Shown: positions 56,491 through 64,000 of the stretch, piece after piece | How positions within the stretch are numbered: position 1 is the first letter of the stretch | Layout: every line of letters begins with the position of its first letter | Assembly: GCA_002269645.1 (NCBI GenBank) | Contig: NIVC01000212.1 | Location: 558,001 to 622,000 of the forward strand | Length of the DNA stretch: 64,000 bases | DNA from: Macrostomum lignano | Lineage: Eukaryota | Direction: 5' to 3' | Made by a program: the position numbers and the translations under genes | Notes under the pieces: generated by a model | Told to the model about the DNA's origin: nothing | Databases searched by the model: none | What the model saw: the letters and a program-made list of their open reading frames with translations, nothing else

Positions 56491-58095
56491 ATAGAAGCTA
56501 CGTGTAGTTTATTTAAAATCTTTCATTACATTCTTTGTTTGCTCCCCAACTGGGGGCGTCGCGTACGTATAAGATTGCTAGTTGCAATCTAAATTGTTTA
56601 TGCGTACTTTGTTACGTTTCTTATGTTCTTATGTTCACTGAAGCATGCTGAACTTGCAAGTTAAAGTGGATCAGCACATGTACATGTATGTTTGTCAATA
56701 TACAGTATGAGTTTTATTTACAAGCGGATGTGTAAAAGCACCTTTGCACTTTGTTCTTCATGCTATCAGTATAGCTGATAGCATATGTTATAGCTCTGAA
56801 TCAGTTTAATTAAGGAATACTGCAGTACATGAATTGCAGTTAGTGCAAAGAATTGGCAGATCTTGATATTGGATAATTTTTTTGTTTGATCAGCCCTGCA
56901 TCTCTGTCCTGCAGGTCCTCGATCTAGCTCTGTAGGCATGCAGGCCCGGCCGCGGCCTGCATGCCCAATAATGCGATCAATGTCATGCAGTCCCGAACCG
57001 TGCGTCCGTTGCTACTATATACGTGTACTACGTCATGACATGTACACATGTACCAGCCACGTGCAAAATATTACCTTGTTAGCAGCAGGTTAGCTCAAAG
57101 CTTCTTCTGGTCAGAAATCCGATTTCAAGACAGCAGCTGGTTTGGTGAGCCGGCTAGTTCGCACGGGTTGATTGTAGTTGGAGTACCATAAAGCGACGTC
57201 GACGAAGATAATCATCTCCGGATACATTGTATAGCTACATGCATATAATATCTTTCAGCTCGAGTTTTCCATTCTGTCTCTCGCAGTCTTTCTCTTATAG
57301 CTACATGTATAGGACCTATAGCTGCTCGTCACATCTATATGCTATCCTGGGGCCCATCCGACAGAAGTAAAAGGCCATTTTAAGTGACTAATTTTCTATA
57401 TTGTTTCTATATGGAAAAGCTCTTAAAATTATAGCATCACGTTATGAAAACGTCAGTGTAGTGGGCAGTTATAAAAGGGCAGTGCAAAAGTACGATTGGT
57501 AAAAAAGTACAATTGGAAATACACATTTTCTAACGAAGTCGATAGACGTCAGCTGGTAACGTCGTCCGACGTTGCCGACGTCGGATTGATGAACTAGGTG
57601 TTGTGCATGTACTCTTGTATTATAGTCCTATTTATACTCGTAGTACCGCAGCAAAGTTTCAAAACATTGCTGTGTCGCACTGTATCAACGAAAAAAAAGA
57701 TAAAGAAAGCAGAGGCTTGCTATGAACGCAATCTAAATTTACACTGGCGAGCGCTTTGCGATCACAGGGTTTATTTCATTTTAATGACTAATATTGCCTT
57801 TATGTTTTTCTATTTACCTATCATAGAAATATTTAAGTCGAAGTTATATTTAGTACTATATTTTTACCCAAGTTGAAATATTTTGAGCAGTAGCTTTTAT
57901 TTTGCTATATAAAACAGCTTCTGACAAAGCCTAATTTGTTAATCTATACTATTACTCAGGGCGTACGAACATTCAATCAAAGATTCAAAGAAATCGTTAA
58001 AAAATACAAAAAACAATATAAATAAAACTTGTAACACATTTGTATTTTTATTTCTAAAATACTTGTACTGCTGTTTGTTTCGTAAGAGCTCTATA

Positions 58096-61000
58096 ATGTT
58101 TTCCAAACAGGCAAACTACAGCAAACTTAAGACAAATTTGCGATTGGTAATCAATCGCCTAAAGTTATTGGAGAAGAAAAAAACGGAGCTTGCACTGAAG
58201 GCTAGAAAAGAAATTTCGGATTACATCCAGGCTGGTAAGGATGATCGAGCACGAATCCGAGTCGAACATATCATTCGTGAAGACTATCTTGTCGAGGCCA
58301 TGGAAATTATTGAGATGTACTGTGACCTACTACTTGCACGTTTTGGACTAATCAGCAGTCAAAAGTAAGCTACCTCACCTGTCTAGTTACTTGTAACAAA
58401 TAGGCCTATGCTATTAGTCTAATTGAACTTATTATTAGCCATCTTAGACATTATGAATGAATAGCCCCCCATAGCTATCAAAATATTAAAATGTATGTAT
58501 GGCCTATGGCTATAGTAGGAATAGGCTGTGGTCTAGGCTAGGCCTATTGTATTATAATTTCATAGGTCATTTTTGGTAATCTTTTACTTTTACACATTTT
58601 ATATTTCTTAGAAATTTGTAGTTTCTGTCCAGTTTAAGGATGTATACTATAACAGATTCAATAAAAAGATTGATAAGTTTTAATTGATAGATTGTCAACT
58701 ATCAACTTGATAAAATTGTAAAATTGAAAAATATCAAGTAAAAATGATAAATAGATAGTCCTAAATTAAAAAATAATATAATTTATGCCTACTCCTAAAT
58801 CTTAGGACTATATATATGCTATACTCTAAATCACATAGTATATGCCCAAAAATTTGGGCATGTATTGGCCTTGTATTCCAAAGGTAGGCATACACACAGT
58901 TGGTATACATCATTCTTAAGAAAATAGTATGCATGCACACCTGGCATACACTTTCTAGAATCATATGGAAGAGTTATTATAAGATAGAAAAAAAGTGGAA
59001 AATGTTCATTTTAGGCATAAATTTCAAGCTTTCCATTTTTAAGCTCATAATAAAGTATTTAACCAAATCTTTGCATGTATTAATTTTCTATTGTAAATAG
59101 CATTGCCAAAAAGCAGAAAAATTAACAAAATTGTAGGAAAAGTCTTTTTAAAATATTATGCATGTTTCCATTTTAAATAAACTTAAACTATACCTACAGA
59201 AATAATGATGCAAAATAGATGCTCTTAGCAATAATTTATACTTATTTTATTTATTGTTAATTTTAAAGAAGCAAAGCCAAAGTGTATTGCAGACTTTTTA
59301 GACTATACAAATTTTCCTTTACTTTATGGTAAAAAATGTTAATTTACATTACAATTTTCATGCATGGCATGAATTTATTTACCAAAACTTGTATGCCAAA
59401 AGAAGTATGTGTGGTTGTGTTACTTGTGTATGCCAATAGTTTATGCCAACAAAGTGCGCCAAGGGTTGTGTATGCCAAAGACTTAGGGTTGCCATTTTGT
59501 ATGCCAGAAAGGTTCAGAACCTGGTAACATGTGTAACCATCCGCAACCTGGCACTAGTGTAGAAGTGGTTTTTGTTTCTAAGAAATACTAGTTTTAAAAT
59601 GTTACGCAAAAATTCTATTTTTGTTTCACTTTGCAAAATATTCTCAAATATTCTATGTTTGTTTAAATATACACAAAAGAAATAGTATAAATAGGAGTGA
59701 AGTTTAGGGAAGTAGGATTCAATTTGCTCTCATGAATTAAATCGTTTATAGCTTGTTCAATACTTATTCTCAGATCATTGCTCATTTTAAAAGTATTAGA
59801 AGTCAGAATTGGGAATTCATGCAAAGAGAACACTAAGAGTAATCGCTGTGACCCTCTAATCTCGGTAATGCCCAGACTGGAGAAAGATAGAGAAAGTACA
59901 TATACCAGTAAGACTGCTCAGGCCATATATTAAGAATGCTACCAGACCACATACTAAGAATGCTACCAGACCATATACTAAGAATGCTACCAGAACACTA
60001 CCAAGAATGCTACCTAGACAATTTATGAGAAACAGTTAGAAACATTAAGGCAAAATTTAATAGGAATTTAATAAAGGGAAATTAAAAAGCCCTAGGACAA
60101 CTTGGTGGCAGCTTTAGATATTTAATAACAGAAATAAAAAAGTAGCCCTGTAATAGCTGGTGTCAGCGGTTGAGGTCTAAATAGATAAGCACAACCCCTG
60201 TTACAGCTGGTGGCTTAACGGTGGGATTATAAAAGAAGAAGAAATACACCTGTCACAGCTGGTGGCATTTAGTGGGATTAAAATTGATAAAGTAGGAGGC
60301 AAAACACCTGTCACACTAGCATAGTTTTGAGAATGGGCATGCACTCAATTTTTTTCAGCGTGCATTTGTAACCATTAATTTTTGTTTGGGTATGCACCCA
60401 GCATGATCTGGACTACGGTATATATGCTGGAAAATTCTGGCATACAACAGACATCAAAAAATTATTGGCATAAAGTATTTAATATAAAGCATTGTTTTAT
60501 AATAGTTTGCATATAGAATAATCTGCTGGAACGTACATGTGCAACAGACAGCCAAGTTGGCCAATCTGGCCAACCAATTTGGCGGCCAACCAAGGTAAGT
60601 CACAAAAATGCCCACCCCAAAGAATACAGACGTAGTACTAATTAGATGACAAGGCATTTAGCCCTCATAAGACAGTTATAGTTACTCCTACCGTTTACCC
60701 ACAATTGCATTAATTTTGCTTTAAGGTTTCTTTCACAGGTAAGTCACATTTTTGGCCAAAAACTGTCGTATTTTTGTTAAAACTAAGTTGCATGGCTGAC
60801 CAAATTTTGGAGGTTGCGCATGTATGTGCTGGAAAATTATACTATTAAGCTAATATATAGTGTAGCTATTGGCTTACAAAAGACCAAAATGTTGTAATGC
60901 AAAAAGGTCCTTTATTGTTACAACATATAAAAGTCCTTTATTGTTGCAATGCCTTTTTGATAATTTCCAACAAATATATCATAAGTAAATTTGTTTTTTT

Positions 61001-63806
61001 CTAGCATAAACTTGAATTTATAATGTAAAGTGTCACTTTTTGGCATACTGTGCAATAGATTTAAGAGTGTGGCTATATACCAATGAGTCTTACTTCTTTT
61101 ATCCAAAGTATCATCAATGTATATATTAGCCTAAGTCAATAGGTACTTGGTATAATTGAGCATAGTGCTAGGAAGTTTGTCATAATTCCTATTGCTAACT
61201 GTATTGCTATAATGCTATTACCATTGATTCATTGTCATATTCTCCCTGGCACATGTGTAATCATTAATGGATGGCAAACATACGCTCGTACATGCGCAAC
61301 CCCCCTGATTTACACTGGCCATGCGACTTACTTTTTGACCAAAAATGCGACTTACCTGTAAAAGAAACCATAGCAACATTAATGCAGTTTTGGGTAAACG
61401 GCAGGAGTAACTATGACTCTCTCATAAGGGCCTAATGCCTCGTCATCTAATTAGTACTATTTTTTGCGACTTACCCCTGGTCCACCACAATTTATGGTGG
61501 CCAGATTGGCCAGAAGTTGCACACGTATGATTGACAAATATATATGCAGAGCTTTAGAATCATGATGTTGTTAACCATTAGCTTGTATTTGTTAATTCTC
61601 AAGGTCTAACTGTATAAACAAACCTCATCAAATAGACATAGATACACTATAAGGCAAAGTTCCAAGCTATGCATGGTATGAATCAAGCCCTGTTTGATTC
61701 ATACCATGTTTTTTGTGCACTAAGTATTATATATTAATTGCCACCTTCATATCAGTATCTTCAAATACTATATATTATATTATATTATACTATATATAAT
61801 ACTATATACTATATATCTATTATCTATATAATATATATTTTATTATATAGATAATAGATCAGTATCTATTTTATCTTATAATAGATAAAATTATCTTCTA
61901 ACTAGTTACTTAGGAAGGTGGCAATTAAATAAATAGAAACTAAATATTTAACTTTTTATTAAATAACATTAACAAGTAATAAAATATATAATTTCTTGTT
62001 AATATTATTTAATAAAAAAGTTAAATATTTAGTTTCTATTTATATTAATTGCCACCTTCCTAACTAGTTACTTATTGTTAATATTTTTTAACAAGATATA
62101 GTATATTATAATTATATAGTCTATTAATAGCCAATAACAAACTACTTAGGCTTGGCTAAAAAATCTAAGCTTTTTTGGATTCTAGTCTATTGTATTCAAT
62201 TAAAAAGCTTTTTATGTAAAACCAAATGTTATTATAATAAAAATTTCAATGATAATAGTACCTGTCTGGTCTATATTATAATATTGCTATGGCTATAAAT
62301 ATGTTCTAAAGATAGTCTTATATGCTCTATGATCTATATTGTATAAGAAATCTAGATTTCCTTATATTTAAATTCTTAAAATTTAATTGGAGTTTAATTT
62401 TACTCAATAATTGTTTCTAATTATTGAATTTTTGTAGCTATAATTCATTTTTGTTATGGTAACTATTGTAGTAACCATAATGTAATTGGCTTACAAAGCA
62501 TAAAAAATTATAATCTGATCTTTCCTAGAACCAATAGAAATGGCTAGGTGAATCCCTAGGTTGCACCTAAGCATGAACAGCCCAGGCTCAATTCCAAGTG
62601 CACTTGCATTAATTTGGTACTATAAGCATAGATTAAAATTTTGGCTTGGGTTTATTTGAAAGCCAACCTAAGACATAATGAAGTGTATGTGCCTAACAGT
62701 TATAGCTGCCATTTACAACTGTATCAGTGTGTGCCTATGCATATGACTGCATACATATCTGCACACTTGTGTGCCTGCTCAAAGCAGTTGGGAAAAGGCA
62801 CCCATAATAGTGCCACTGGCTGGTTTTGAAATAATATAAATTATGTAAGGTTAAAAGGTAATTTATAATAATACATAGGCCTTAATTTGCATAGAAACTG
62901 TTTAATGTATAACTAGCATATTAGAAATTCGGGGTGTGAGCATGTGTTCTCAGGAGTCAGAGGAATGGGAATAGCTGCCTCACTGTTAATAACTGTTGCT
63001 ATAGTCTCACTGTGTCTATAGCAGTGAGTAGGGGTTGTAGCCTAGTGGTTTGAGCATCAGACTCACGACTTGAATCCTCGTGCTTGAGCAGGACACTTAA
63101 CTCTCTGCATTGCTTCAGTTCACCCAGCTGTAAAATGGGTGCCAGCATTAGCTGGGATAATTGATGGTGTGTGTGGCGACCCCCCAGTCCTTGGACTGAA
63201 CAGCCGTACGCAGCCTTCAGATGCGCTATGCAATAAAGTCTCACAAAGGCTTAAATTCCCCACCTGGCAGGGAGCTGGACCCGGGCCTAGAAGAGGCCGT
63301 GGCAACGTTAATCTGGGTGACACCCCGTCTGCAGGCCGACATAGCGGAATTCAAATCTGTGGCTGAGCAGCTCACTTTGAAGTACAGCAAAGAATTCGCC
63401 CAAGCCTGCCTATCTAACGAGATGAACAATGTCAGCGAGAAGGTCATGCACAAGCTTGGCGTGCAGGCCCCGCCGAAACTGCTAGTTGAACGCTACCTAA
63501 TTGAGATCGCTAAATCCTTTAACGTGCCGTTCACTCCCGATCCGGACGTGATGCGCGAGGAAGAAGAGGGCGCCTCGAATCTTATTGATATCGATCAGGG
63601 ATTTGATAGTCGCAAGGGAGGCGGCAGCGGTGGCGGGGGCGGCGGCGGGGGTGGCGGCTTGCCTTCAGTACCGGCGACTCCCTACCCGATGCAGCCGGGC
63701 TTCCCGCAGCCGGCTGCCTTTCCGGCTGGTAGCGCCGCCGCTTCTGTCGGTGGCGCGGTTGGTGGCGGCGCCGCTTCTAGTGGCTCGGCGCCAGCGGGTC
63801 CTGAAG
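58096..63806 (+). CDS. IST1: IST1 (ESCRT-III-associated factor), first two coding exons; continues beyond the window
   Basis: Exon 58096-58364 (NLRLVINRLKLLEKKKTE...RARIRVEHIIREDYLVEAMEI.E.YCDLLLARFG) and exon 63271-63806 (ELDPGLEEAV.TLIW..PRL...LVERYLIEIAK); phase 2 junction. Confidence 0.95.
60637..60700 (-). pseudogene. 64-nt 28S rRNA fragment (H69-H71, R2/I-PpoI target region)
   Basis: Reverse complement GGGTAAACGGTAGGAGTAACTATAACTGTCTTATGAGGGCTAAATGCCTTGTCATCTAATTAGT; 54/64 identical, ungapped, to the conserved eukaryotic 28S sequence as recalled. Confidence 0.85.
61392..61455 (+). pseudogene. 64-nt 28S rRNA fragment (H69-H71, R2/I-PpoI target region)
   Basis: GGGTAAACGGCAGGAGTAACTATGACTCTCTCATAAGGGCCTAATGCCTCGTCATCTAATTAGT; 56/64 identical, ungapped, to the recalled 28S sequence. 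Confidence 0.9.
61913..62060. mobile_element. 148-bp foldback MITE
   Basis: Near-perfect ~65-bp arms (GGAAGGTGGCAATTAA...), flanked on both sides by TAACTAGTTACTTA. Confidence 0.75.
63031..63238 (+). mobile_element. second copy of the tRNA-derived SINE, with the B-box region deleted
   Basis: Matches 30595-30842 in the opposite orientation, but lacks the GGGATTCGATTCCC segment. Confidence 0.8.
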
Positions 63807-64000
63807 GTCAGTTTTTATCGATTTTTTAGTGCTAATCATGTACATCAAATCTTTGAATCTTCGAACGCTTAAATTTTCTATTTATTCAGCGGTTGTTGTC
63901 TCTGTGCTATGTGCTTTGGAACGTGGAATTAGTCAATTATACATTCCCACTTTCTTATACTTTATCTTTTCATCCTTATCTGATCTCCGCACCTCTCCTC

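Larger units (their letters stand above)
60536..61525. mobile_element. non-autonomous TIR element (~220-bp imperfect inverted arms, possible TA TSD) carrying 28S rRNA fragments
   Basis: Ends TA|CATGTGCAAC...GTTGCACACG|TA. The arms share TGGCCAATCTGGCCA, GTAAGTC(A/G)CA and the rDNA-derived segment. No ORF. Confidence 0.7.

Noticed and set aside
56935-56965. GC-rich 12-bp-stem hairpin as a Helitron 3' end
   Set aside because: A CTAG follows on the minus strand but is not followed by T, and no 5' TC end or family evidence was found.
60637-61455. A functional rRNA gene or organellar/bacterial rDNA insertion
   Set aside because: Only 64 nt match, the flanks are not rDNA, and the CATCTAATTAGT end is the eukaryotic cytosolic type.

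Overview
Eukaryotic, intron-rich invertebrate genomic DNA. GC-rich exons, AT-rich spacers and minisatellite-filled introns suggest a flatworm such as Macrostomum, but this is inference only. All spliced models below were built by hand from GT/GC-AG sites and reading-frame phase, with no transcript support. Genes, left to right: the 3' end of a USP/C19-like protease; a coiled-coil repeat protein exon; a bombesin/CCHamide-type GPCR (TM3-TM7); a GT32/DXD glycosyltransferase; two SUEL lectins; an orphan gene head-to-head with a signal-peptide-bearing carotenoid cleavage oxygenase; a 12-exon DEG/ENaC channel; an intronless atypical class A GPCR; a PAN + C-type lectin; a CNNM transporter; and IST1. 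Mobile DNA: a 5'-inverted Penelope element with a hammerhead motif, interrupted by three nested non-autonomous insertions; two tRNA-derived SINEs; and several MITE/foldback elements. Two observations stand out. (1) The DEG/ENaC model (~1031 aa) carries Kringle-[WSC]-Kringle modules in its extracellular finger region, with the WSC exon inserted inside the first kringle. (2) A ~1 kb TIR element in the IST1 intron carries the 28S rRNA H69-H71/R2-target segment in both inverted arms, altered mainly at the endonuclease cut site.
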